Positions 8,501-17,588 of a DNA stretch of 64,000 bases are shown here, one piece after another. Every line of letters starts with the position of its first letter. Within the stretch, counting starts at the first letter, position 1. The stretch covers positions 1 through 64,000 of the forward strand of contig CDRNVI010000029.1 in the NCBI GenBank assembly GCA_977017575.1. The letters are read 5' to 3'. The notes below the pieces were generated by a model, which did not search any database, was not told the origin of the DNA, and saw only the letters and a list, made by a program, of their open reading frames with translations. A program made the translations under genes and the position numbers. This DNA comes from Paramoeba atlantica (lineage: Eukaryota > Protista > Discosea).

Positions 8501-9455
8501 ATTGCCTCATTCCGAAGACTTTCCACACGATACAAACCCCCTTTACGCATCCGAAGATTGCGTTGACGCGCAGCCACCCGACTGGGCAAGTAATAGCGTC
8601 CCCCGCCAAAAAGACATAAGTTACGCGATCTCTGCCACAGAGTTCTCGCACGCATATGAAAACGCCGACGCCCGGACTCGCGCACGCTGGGCTTCTCAGT
8701 GTGGTAAAGGAGCAAGCAGTTGGGCGTTCGTAACTCCTTCCAGAGACACGGGCCACGCCTTTAACCCCACAGAATTCCGCATCCTATCCCGCTGGTGGTT
8801 AGGTGTGCCCGTGTACGGGGAAGAAGGTACATGTCCCAAGGGGAACTGCACACCCCCATTGGACATACACGGCGATCACGCTCTCACATGCAAGCACGGG
8901 GACGGTATCATCGGCCGTCACAACGCCTTGGCCGATCACTTTGCCGATACTTGCAGTAACGCACGCCTAGCTCCCCAACGGGAAAAAAGCCTCGGGAACC
9001 GGGGCCCCGGAGGCGCTCTGACTAGGCCCGGGGACGTCTTCCTTCCGAGTCTCTTCCTCGGGAAACCTATCGTGCTTGACTTCGCGGTCACTCACGCCCA
9101 GCAATCTAAATACACGGACACAGTCCGAAATGCTAGCTGGGTGGCCGCGGGGTCCTTCGCAGAGCATTATGCCTCAGAGCAGAAAGTCCGACAACGCCGT
9201 GAATCTGAAGATGCCGGAAGCGATTTCACAGCTATGGTGGTCGAGAGCTATGGCTCTTGGAGTGCCAGTGCTTTAGCCGTTCTCCGGAAGGTTGGAGAAC
9301 GAAGGGCAAAAGCGTCCAACGGTATCTTGACAGACGAGGCCTCTACGCTCCGTCTCGTGACCGACATGAACGTAACATTGATGCGTTGCCAGGCACGCAT
9401 GATGATTACGCGCCTGCCGGCTGTGGACCCCTTGCCCCCTTTAATCGAGCAATAG
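5589..9455 (+). CDS. Family B polyprotein, 1288 aa: LsmAD-like, Zn fingers, RT, RLE
   Basis: WDQF...STYDEQLYTT; CPAMGC...HVACRH; QQGDPLGP; WYLDDG; HALTC...RHN; RPGDV; LDFAV. Confidence 0.95.
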   Translation: MTQTNTPQSPARSNEDHPSFHMSAKEGALSVGALADEERAHSLGSWDQFQGNKHLIRAVSTYDEQLYTTPIPANIPKEWLERARHISQEKETPDTGHVEAEDEEMQHCGVRRQKITHEATPTSKIPDEARTLKSAVKDALSHQGRNTSPSKGVTKADSRSSRRTPEPRTYFSSPRHAANQNNFAEKTQTREETRECPAMGCTWRSLPHGGSWQAFYNHVACRHGNGVPATWWDAEGRFLCNLCGRHYDINKREAHPQACKGNVANPQIPSRAAHSSDPSHLPGTQTHHSELPSLSSICTLRLNTCKDVPPRCRQLWGEIITKAAQNAVTENSTAAWTLFAMLPKCLLPAPHRGGRKNHTTYASYVQKCMNRWLAQDYVSLWNEAVDNALKKQSVAPTTVHDEEEKAAIRAELLARQGEYSRGMAALTADAMAPDDEDTLLKLQSKHPPRHPDSDIIDYTPPPTAPLIMDEPVVAKTIKSFHRGSSSGTMGLRPEHLQAVLLAHVDNTVKPLTALKNLVNHLLAGKEPLEVQPYFAGARLCALEKGENDVRPIAAGETIRRLVSKAACNAVRSKAREFFKGLQFGVATPAGSERIIHTCRHAMTIHTDNPDMVLCKVDLSNAFNNVSRATFLKLVGEHFPELFPWASWCYTTTSALTYRDHTLLSDEGVQQGDPLGPLFFSLVSLELAKEIYHQADLDLQLWYLDDGILIGRAEDVRNSLDTIARVGPRWGLYLNMSKCEIITPPASANVVTIFPDIPDAKINVCGNFSVLGSPIGSPEYCTEYLLTHAVEPAEMALDAITRIRDPQVAMALIRQCAGFCKLVHALRTTPPQSVMNLCKRLDDFLMHAVESTLCPLPPSARAQIQRLKRHGGFGLKSATVHASSAYASSVVFAAATDSWDASEVEGFLQSIEDVNSKVGISLLDSNGLVRSIPRHKCEELSPKARFTKRSREGETRHPFEPANPPSLPRDRALPHSEDFPHDTNPLYASEDCVDAQPPDWASNSVPRQKDISYAISATEFSHAYENADARTRARWASQCGKGASSWAFVTPSRDTGHAFNPTEFRILSRWWLGVPVYGEEGTCPKGNCTPPLDIHGDHALTCKHGDGIIGRHNALADHFADTCSNARLAPQREKSLGNRGPGGALTRPGDVFLPSLFLGKPIVLDFAVTHAQQSKYTDTVRNASWVAAGSFAEHYASEQKVRQRRESEDAGSDFTAMVVESYGSWSASALAVLRKVGERRAKASNGILTDEASTLRLVTDMNVTLMRCQARMMITRLPAVDPLPPLIEQ

Positions 9456-9510
9456 CACGATGACGGATGTGCAAGATGGGCCGCTCAGCCGGAACTCGAA
9501 CAGCTGGTCC

Positions 9511-9748
9511 GGATGCTGGTCGATGCCGGCAGGGTCTATGCTCACGCCTAGTCCGCCAGGGCTAGGTACTCCAAGTGAGGTAGGACATGGGTAGGGAACT
9601 TTGTTCCTCCCCGTCGGCCAGCATCATGCTCCGCGACCGTGCCGCTGTCGGCACAGGCCCATTGCTTGCGCCCTCTCGTACAACAAGAGAAGGGTTACCA
9701 AGGCAAGCTGGGAGAGGTCGAAAGACCCGGTCCGGAACGCGCGAATGG
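9511..9748 (+). ncRNA. Conserved structured 3' UTR RNA element (family B)
   Basis: Homologous to 5021-5259 with covariation. Confidence 0.8.
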
Positions 9749-9990
9749 TTCGGGGAAAGTCTGCCCCTCCTAGCCGAGGGAGACCTTACCCTCCCTGGAA
9801 AGCTGGTAAGATTGGTAAGGGGAAGTGGGTAAGATGGGAAATCATGTATTTGCTAGTTATATATTTTGCTCGTTTTTAAAATGGGGGGAAGTGAGGGAAA
9901 GAAGTTGAGCAAGTAGGAAAGTAAGTGAGAAAGTCATACCGTACATACATATATAAAGTTAGAACTCGTACTCTTCCCCCCCTATTATCT

Positions 9991-10025
<35 letters not shown>

Positions 10026-10033
10026 TAGAAGAT

Positions 10034-10879
10034 CTTTAACGATAAAGATACAGTTTCTGTACCTTGTTGAATTATTTTCTTTTCTTTATCTCACTCTTAC
10101 GCGCCATGGTTGTTTTAACTCGATCTAAGGCGAAGCAGGTCTCGAACTTCGAGCGCGAGGTGAAAGCACACACACTCGGCTGCTGGGACCAATTCGACGC
10201 AAACAAGGACCTTGTTAAAGGCAAGAGTACGTACCATGTAGACTTATACACTACACCCCTCCCACCTAATCCTTCAGCTGAATCTTTACGGCGAGCGGAC
10301 GAGATTGCACTCAGCATTACGAACTCTGTGGAAGGTGAGACCCCAGATACAGGGCAACAGCAGACAAGTACGGAAGAGGAACTTTTCTCCAGTGTCCGTC
10401 CAACTGAGGACTTCGAATTCCAGTTTGCGGGAGCAGAATCTTCTTCACTCAGCCTATCAAAAACCACAAATAAGGCTGTGAAGGAGAGGTGCGAACGACA
10501 TATCCGGAGGTCATACGACAACGAATATAATTACGAAAAAGATAAATTGCTCTTCCCCGATCTCACTCCTGAAGACCTTACTGTGTCTGTGAATGGATGC
10601 GGAAAAGGACGGAAAAAGAAGAAGCGACCCAAGAGCATCTCCCTTTCCCAATTGTGTGCTGAGTCCGGGGCCGACAGCGACGACCGTGACACCGCACAAT
10701 CAAGTTCCAACTCCCCTAGGCCATACACTCCTGAGGCTGAAAGTGACAGCAATCTGTCTGCGGCATCATCTCCGAAAAAACCGGACACAAAGCCCCATGC
10801 GGACACTTCAGTAAGTCTCAAGCGACACCGTACATACATATATAAAGTTAGAACTCGTACTCTTCCCCCCCTATTATCT

Positions 10880-10916
<37 letters not shown>
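10034..10916 (+). mobile_element. Internally deleted non-autonomous element F: SL, LsmAD-like ORF start, then family-B 3' terminus and poly(A)
   Basis: SL at 10034-10069; ATG at 10106; WDQFDANK...STYHVDLYTT; from about 10828 it matches the family B terminus (accgtacatacatatataaagttagaactcg...tgc-An). Confidence 0.85.
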
Positions 10917-10918
<2 letters not shown>

Positions 10919-11187
10919 GCTTGCCACTGATTGCCTTGTGACCCTGTTTCCCATGGGCAAGATTCCACAGGACATTTCCTGGTGCCATATTGGGCTTTAG
11001 TCGGCGTGCTTGCAAATGACTCGTCTTTTCCTGAGGCTGGGGGAACTCGATGGCGTTTGAGGTTTACCTCACTGGAATCGCAGCTCTCTTGGGTTGATGT
11101 ATGGTCTGTGGTCGTTTCATCGCTACTCTCGGAGCCCAAGTCCTTCCCTGGGGGGCTGGAGGTGACGTTCCGCTTGGGTCGTTTCTT
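10917..11187 (-). pseudogene. Inverted internal fragment F' (linker plus start of the C2H2 Zn finger)
   Basis: Minus strand reads ...NLKRHRVPP...CPVESCPWETGSQGNQWQA, homologous to the A/B/G Zn finger. Confidence 0.8.
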
Positions 11188-12184
11188 TTTCTGTACCTTG
11201 TTGTGTTTTTATTTTTATTTTTACTCGTATGAACACGCAAAACGCCGAACAAATTATGAAGAGGGGATCAACGCTCAAGCCGACAGCACACGAACGAATT
11301 CACAAGCTGCACGCACCCAGCTAAGAAAGAGCATGAAGAATGAACACGAGAAGACAGCAGCAGAATTGAATGCAATACCGAGATTCCAAAATATCATAAA
11401 GCGAACGAAGGAGGCGAACAATCACTTAGATTCAACGTGCAACTACGTAAATCCATATCTTTTTCGTTACACTCTAATGATGCGCCTAGGAATTGCTCTA
11501 AGTAATGTGTCAGGCGAGATTACATGCCCTGGATGTGGAACAATCGAAACATCAAGCAAAATCATTCCTCACGTAGCGGGATGTTCACGATGTGCTGGCA
11601 TGAATTGCACGAGAAAACATTCTCATTTGGTACGCTATATTGCCGAAATGTGTTCCAAAGCTGGTCTTCCATGTGCGATCGAACCTCGTATTCATGCGTC
11701 CTTTTTTTGCACCAAATGCAAGTGCTCAATTTCCCCAGAAGCGGCGGAATACCATCCTTGCCGAGCGCGTCGAATTAGATCTGGCCCAGACCTAGCGATT
11801 ATGTGGCCAGATGTTGGAGAAATTTTATACGACGTTACCGTGGTACATACGTGCTGCAGCAGCTATGCAAAGCAGAGCAGCAATGCCCTGCTGCAGAGTG
11901 CGGAAGAGCGGAAGATAGCAAAATATGTCAAAGAAAAAGGTCTTGATCCAGAATGCTTTCGCTGCATAGCTGTGACAGATTGTGGAGTACTACATGAAGA
12001 GACAAAGGTTTTGCTGAAAACATTGGCGAAAAGAAATGATGTTGATTACAAGATTGTACGAGAAGCTTTTCAACTTGAACTGGAAAAATATTCAGCCTAT
12101 GCAGTCGTCTCTCAATTGCGCCAATATATAGAAACCGAGAAATGGGTAGGAGGACTCCGTCTTTAAACACTCCTCTGAATATTA

Positions 12185-12460
12185 CATTTTCGCTGCTTTT
12201 AACATTTCGTTAATAATGTTTCGTTGCTTTCAGCCTTTGGTGATTAATAATGTTTCGTTGCTTTCAGCCTTTGGTGATTACTGTTTCGCTGCTTGGTTAG
12301 GTTTCAGCCTTTGGTTATTTTTGTTTTGCTGCTTGGTGATTATTGTTCCGCAGCTTTCAGCTCTTGGTTGTTACTGTTTCGCTGCTTTGGGTTATCACCG
12401 TTTCGCTGCTTTGAGTCGTCACTTTTTCGCTGCTTTCAGCATTCGGCTATTACTGTTTTG
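12185..12460 (+). repeat. Degenerate T-rich tandem repeat in the family E 3' UTR (also at about 16541-16815)
   Basis: Recurring TTTCGCTGCTT, TTTCAGC and TTGGTGATT units. Confidence 0.75.
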
Positions 12461-12756
12461 CTTTTTTGAGTAACATGTGAATAAATAAAGGAACGGAAAA
12501 CACGTGAAACTATTATTTTGAGTATACAGCAACATTGTATACTGCCATTGTATACTACAACAAGACGTTAAAGTCGTAAAAAAAAAGGGATGCTTGTCGG
12601 GCGTGGTACTGTCGTCTGGCGGCTCTACATTTTCGGGAGACTTCTTTCGTACAAAATTGCAAGTCAGTAAAAATAAAAACAAAAATTTCACTTCAAACTC
12701 GGAAACAATACAAAAGCAAGTCAAAGACGAACACCATAGCGAAAAATGCCGGAAAC

Positions 12757-13277
12757 TTACAGTTTACATACGCTTACTATATCTGATTGACTATATGTTT
12801 TTCTTCCGGAAGTGCAATTCTAAAAGTTTACGAAAAGAACTGTACAATGGAAATTTTGATTTCTGAGAATTATATTTACGTTAGTTGGCCGACGGGCATT
12901 GTACGTTTGTTATTCATAAGCTAGTATAGTGACACAAAGCATTATACAGTGAACTGGTAATAGAGCGCGTTTTTATCCTTTGAAACTTTTTGCCCCACCC
13001 ACCAACCCCCAAACCACTCCCCGCGTGGACACCCGTTCGAGAAAGGGAGGGAAGGGAGTTCTCTCCAGGAAAAAGTTCATGAGGTATATAAAATAGATTT
13101 GATACTTACTTCGCGAAGTTGATATTACAGTACTGGTGAAGATAATGTCTTTTACTCTGTTGTCCATGATGGATGTTATATTTCGGTAGCTCTGTAGTTC
13201 TACAGATTAAACATTACAGTTTACATACGCTTACTATATCTGATTGACTATATGTTTTTCTTCCGGAAGTGCAATTC
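12757..13277 (+). repeat. 64-bp direct repeat pair (12757-12820 and 13214-13277)
   Basis: ttacagtttacatacgcttactatatctgattgactatatgtttttcttccggaagtgcaattc occurs twice. Confidence 0.9.
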
Positions 13278-13390
13278 GTGTTTAATACAGTTGAAGTCAT
13301 GTTGCGCGGTGAATTCCTAGATCTTTTGACTGTATTTTGATCACTAGTTTCCTGATTATCGTTTTTGTACCTGTTAAAAAAAAAAAAAAA

Positions 13391-16300
13391 CATCCTGAAG
13401 ATTGCGAAGGCGCCTCCGATGATACCACAGGCGAAGAATCTGATGTGATGTCGGTGGATGAGGAAGTGACGTCGATGGATGGGGAAGTGGGGCAACGCAA
13501 AAACGAAGAATTTCCGAAGGCTCCAGATCACATCAACACCATTATCCATGAATGGGGCAAAGGAACGACGTGCGAACTGAGATGGGGATTCAAAAAAGAG
13601 CAGAAATATGCCTCAAAAGGAGTAGTGGTGAAGAGGACTGTCCGAAAAGGTATTGTAAAGCTGAAGGTGGAATACAAGCCAAGCGACGGAGACAATGGAC
13701 CCTCTGGTTTTATCTACCTTCCTCCATCTGCAAAAGTGAAAATTTGGTCCATTAAGGCACTGTGTCTAAATAAAGTAAAAAGCGTCGATGTGTCAATGGA
13801 AAACACTGGAAATTCAGAGAACAAGGAGGAGCGAGGCATTGAGGGAACATCTGATTTGGAACCGCTGCCAAAGATGGCACAAATTGATCCAACGTTTGCC
13901 GTCCATGTAATCGCGATTTTTCGTTCCATTATTAAAGCGTACCCGAAGGCTCAGACAGAAGCAGAAAGAACTGTTATCTGGCACAAACTCCTCGATACAC
14001 CACGGGACTCTTTGGCCACAATCCGTCTAAACTACCTACGGCGCCAGAGCTCCGTACAGCGTCGAGGGAGACGTGAGTGGGAAACTATCGATACGAACAT
14101 TACCGAGGAAGAACGACTTGTACAAGAAGTAGACAAACGATCAATTCGAAATGCATTGCAAGCAGCAAAGGCAGGAAATCTTGGAAAAGCTACCCGCATA
14201 CTCGACAATGTTTACAAGGACTCTGCTCTTCCACTCTGGGAAAAGGTTGACAAACTTCGAGATCTACACCCCAAAGGCCCTACACCTCAAACTTCTGATC
14301 GAGACTTCCCGCGAATTGCGATATTGGAACCTTCTGAACTTCGTCTAGCGACTGAAAAATTGTCAAAAGGTGCAGCTCCTGGCCCGACAGGTCTGAGTGA
14401 AAGCATGATGCGAATTTTAGTGGAGGACGAAGAATCCTGCCTTTCACTCTGCCACATGCTGAGAGACGTCATAAATGGGGAAGTTGCGAAAAGTGTCCGA
14501 GTAAGATTAACACGATGCAGAATGATAGCCCTTGCAAAACCGAACAATGGAATACGACCGGTTGCAATGGGGGAAACGCTGCTAAAAATTTGCGGTTGTA
14601 TCCTCCTTGAGCGCCATGCGAACTCCTTGTCAGACATATTCCAACCGATCCAAAGAGGCATATTACAAAAGAATGCATGTGAGTCCATTGTACATGAACT
14701 TTTGGAAGAGCATGAAGCTGGAGCCACAATTTTGACGATTGACTTCAAGAATGCATACAATACGCCACAACGTACGGCAATAGAAGAAGCGCTCCTTCAA
14801 TACCCGGTATTCAAACACTTTATGCGAATGTTCTATTTTGAATATGGTCAACCATCGGAACTTTTATTTTTCGCCAACGACTCATTACATTCCGTGATCG
14901 AAAGCTCGTCTGGGGTCCGTCAAGGATCAGCACTCTCTTCGGTTTATTTTTGCGCACTGCTACAAGGTCCTTTGAAAGAAATTGCGAAGCTCTATCCAGA
15001 GGTTACTATCAGAGCCTACCAGGACGATGTGACGATGAGCTCCAAAAATGAGTCGTCTTTGGAAGTTGCGTTCCTTCACCTCAAAGAACTAGCAAGTGGT
15101 CTGAATCTTGAAATTAATTCCCGTAAATGCGAAGTATTCCAAGGCAACAGTTCAACGAATAATCGAGGGATGGATCTCAAGGAACTTGGGGTGGAAGACT
15201 GTGTGGATTCCATCAAGGTCCTAGGAGCATACATCGGGCATAATAAAGCCGTTGAACGAAAGCTCTTGGAGAAGTTAGGGAAACATAAATGTTTATTTCG
15301 AAGACTTCGCGCTATGGGTCCCAGCAACTTGTCACTAGCGATTCTCAAGCGATGTACCATACCCCGTCATGATTACCACCTTCGAGTCCACAAACCTGGA
15401 GCTTCGTTTCTTCTTGCCCAGGTGTTCGACGAGGAAATCCATGAGATCTTAAAGAAATGGTGTGGTGCAGATAGTGAAGCACTTAAACTCTCTGCCCTCC
15501 CATGTAAAATGGGAGGTCTAGGAATCACCTCAACCGTTCTAAAGCAACGCTACTTTTTCGAAGCGTCCCTAAAATCTATTGATGAGCGATCGAAACCCAT
15601 TAATGCTCCGGTAGATAAGGGAGGCAAGAAACAAGCCGACAGCACACGAACGAATTCACAAGCTGCACGCACCCAGCTAAGAAAGAGCATGAAGAATGAA
15701 CACGAGAAGACAGCAGCAGAATTGAATGCAATACCGAGATTCCAAAATATCATAAAGCGAACGAAGGAGGCGAACAATCACTTAGATTCAACGTGCAACT
15801 ACGTAAATCCATATCTTTTTCGTTACACTCTAATGATGCGCCTAGGAATTGCTCTAAGTAATGTGTCAGGCGAGATTACATGCCCTGGATGTGGAACAAT
15901 CGAAACATCAAGCAAAATCATTCCTCACGTAGCGGGATGTTCACGATGTGCTGGCATGAATTGCACGAGAAAACATTCTCATTTGGTACGCTATATTGCC
16001 GAAATGTGTTCCAAAGCTGGTCTTCCATGTGCGATCGAACCTCGTATTCATGCGTCCTTTTTTTGCACCAAATGCAAGTGCTCAATTTCCCCAGAAGCGG
16101 CGGAATACCATCCTTGCCGAGCGCGTCGAATTAGATCTGGCCCAGACCTAGCGATTATGTGGCCAGATGTTGGAGAAATTTTATACGACGTTACCGTGGT
16201 ACATACGTGCTGCAGCAGCTATGCAAAGCAGAGCAGCAATGCCCTGCTGCAGAGTGCGGAAGAGCGGAAGATAGCAAAATATGTCAAAGAAAAAGGTCTT

Positions 16301-16522
16301 GGTCCAGAATGCTTTCGCTGCATAGCTGTGACAGATTGTGGAGTACTACATGAAGAGACAAAGGTTTTGCTGAAAACATTGGCGAAAAGAAATGATGTTG
16401 ATTACAAGATTGTACGAGAAGCTTTTCAACTTGAACTGGAAAAATATTCAGCCTATGCAGTCGTCTCTCAATTGCGCCAATATATAGAAACCGAGAAATG
16501 GGTAGGAGGACTCCGTCTTTAA
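13391..16522 (+). CDS. Family E RT-RLE ORF, 5'-truncated (divergent CRE/SLACS-like)
   Basis: RPVAMGE, DFKNAYN, GVRQGS, YQDD, CPGC...HVAGC, GPDL...YDVTV...KIAKY; the track start at 13337 runs through an upstream A run and is artefactual. Confidence 0.9.
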   Translation, partial: HPEDCEGASDDTTGEESDVMSVDEEVTSMDGEVGQRKNEEFPKAPDHINTIIHEWGKGTTCELRWGFKKEQKYASKGVVVKRTVRKGIVKLKVEYKPSDGDNGPSGFIYLPPSAKVKIWSIKALCLNKVKSVDVSMENTGNSENKEERGIEGTSDLEPLPKMAQIDPTFAVHVIAIFRSIIKAYPKAQTEAERTVIWHKLLDTPRDSLATIRLNYLRRQSSVQRRGRREWETIDTNITEEERLVQEVDKRSIRNALQAAKAGNLGKATRILDNVYKDSALPLWEKVDKLRDLHPKGPTPQTSDRDFPRIAILEPSELRLATEKLSKGAAPGPTGLSESMMRILVEDEESCLSLCHMLRDVINGEVAKSVRVRLTRCRMIALAKPNNGIRPVAMGETLLKICGCILLERHANSLSDIFQPIQRGILQKNACESIVHELLEEHEAGATILTIDFKNAYNTPQRTAIEEALLQYPVFKHFMRMFYFEYGQPSELLFFANDSLHSVIESSSGVRQGSALSSVYFCALLQGPLKEIAKLYPEVTIRAYQDDVTMSSKNESSLEVAFLHLKELASGLNLEINSRKCEVFQGNSSTNNRGMDLKELGVEDCVDSIKVLGAYIGHNKAVERKLLEKLGKHKCLFRRLRAMGPSNLSLAILKRCTIPRHDYHLRVHKPGASFLLAQVFDEEIHEILKKWCGADSEALKLSALPCKMGGLGITSTVLKQRYFFEASLKSIDERSKPINAPVDKGGKKQADSTRTNSQAARTQLRKSMKNEHEKTAAELNAIPRFQNIIKRTKEANNHLDSTCNYVNPYLFRYTLMMRLGIALSNVSGEITCPGCGTIETSSKIIPHVAGCSRCAGMNCTRKHSHLVRYIAEMCSKAGLPCAIEPRIHASFFCTKCKCSISPEAAEYHPCRARRIRSGPDLAIMWPDVGEILYDVTVVHTCCSSYAKQSSNALLQSAEERKIAKYVKEKGLGPECFRCIAVTDCGVLHEETKVLLKTLAKRNDVDYKIVREAFQLELEKYSAYAVVSQLRQYIETEKWVGGLRL

Positions 16523-16995
16523 ACACTCCTCTGAATATTACATTTTCGCTGCTTTTAACATTTCGTTAATAATGTTTCGTTGCTTTCAGCCTTTGGTGAT
16601 TAATAATGTTTCGTTGCTTTCAGCCTTTGGTGATTACTGTTTCGCTGCTTGGTTAGGTTTCAGCCTTTGGTTATTTTTGTTTTGCTGCTTGGTGATTATT
16701 GTTCCGCAGCTTTCAGCTCTTGGTTGTTACTGTTTCGCTGCTTTGGGTTATCACCGTTTCGCTGCTTTGAGTCGTCACTTTTTCGCTGCTTTCAGCATTC
16801 GGCTATTACTGTTTTGCTTTTTTGAGTAACATGTGAATAAATAAAGGAACGGAAAACACGTGAAACTATTATTTTGAGTATACAGCAACATTGTATACTG
16901 CCATTGTATACTACAACAAGACGTTAAAGTCGTAAAAAAAAAGGGATGCTTGTCGGGCGTGGTACTGTCGTCTGGCGGCTCTACATTTTCGGGAG
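13391..16995 (+). mobile_element. Family E copy truncated at both ends
   Basis: Starts after oligo(A); 3' UTR departs from the 12640 copy at about 16995. Confidence 0.85.
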
Positions 16996-17112
16996 ACTTC
17001 TTTCTTTTGGCTCTCAGCCAGCATACTATTTATTCACCCTTTCTGTTCTTCCCCGACTTGGTCTCCCACACCCCGACGTTCATTCATTAACAAAATCATT
17101 GTTCATTAACAT

Positions 17113-17588
17113 TCATTTTTTCTTGTGTTTCTGCGGATCGTTCGATACAGAAAAGTCCAGATTCGGAGGTGTGAGATCGGGAAACGCTAGGATACTGGAA
17201 CCATATGTGTGGTGGTGACCTTCCGATTTCCGAAAATAACGCATGCGCTGCTCCTTCACAGCCTTGTTGGATGACTTTAACTGGCTGGGTGAAGGATCAT
17301 CTGCTCCCACGAATCGAAAACCTGAGGGGCAAGAAGACGAAGTAGAAGAGTCCGCTTCTTCAGACTGGACGTCGGATTGCTCGGTCGGACGGACTCTGGA
17401 GAAAAGTTCCTCCTCCGAGTTCGGTTGCGCGTGTCCAGTATCAGGAGTTGCACCTTCCCTAGAGTTTGTAATGCTGATCGCAATCTCGTCGGCGCGCTGC
17501 GTTGATTCGGGCGAAGGGTACGGTGGAAGAGGCGTCGTATACAGTTCTTCGGCGTACGTGCTCGCACCTTTTACGAGGTCTTTGTTTC
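17113..17588 (-). pseudogene. Fragment H: LsmAD-like domain plus conserved linker, ending ...DPQKHKKK-stop
   Basis: Open minus frame NKDLVKGASTYAEELYTTPLPP...RADEIAISI...EEELFSRVR...FPDLTP. Confidence 0.85.

Larger units (their letters stand above)
5509..10021 (+). mobile_element. Full-length family B copy 1 (SL at 5509-5545)
   Basis: SL, ORF, structured RNA, purine-rich UTR, poly(A). Confidence 0.93.
11188..13390 (+). mobile_element. Internally deleted family E copy: SL remnant, short 5' piece, RLE C-terminus, ~1.2 kb 3' UTR, oligo(A)
   Basis: TTTCTGTACCTTGTTG at 11188-11203; about 11275-12640 is near-identical to about 15632-16995; A run ends at 13390. Confidence 0.8.

Noticed and set aside
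12973-13167. Small ORFs in the family E 3' UTR
   Set aside because: Low-complexity, AT-rich, no homology within the window.
13337-13390. N-terminal extensions of ORFs at 13337, 20779, 33463, 48316 and 53421
   Set aside because: They read through poly(A) junctions or SL/UTR from alternative starts; the true coding part begins after the junction.
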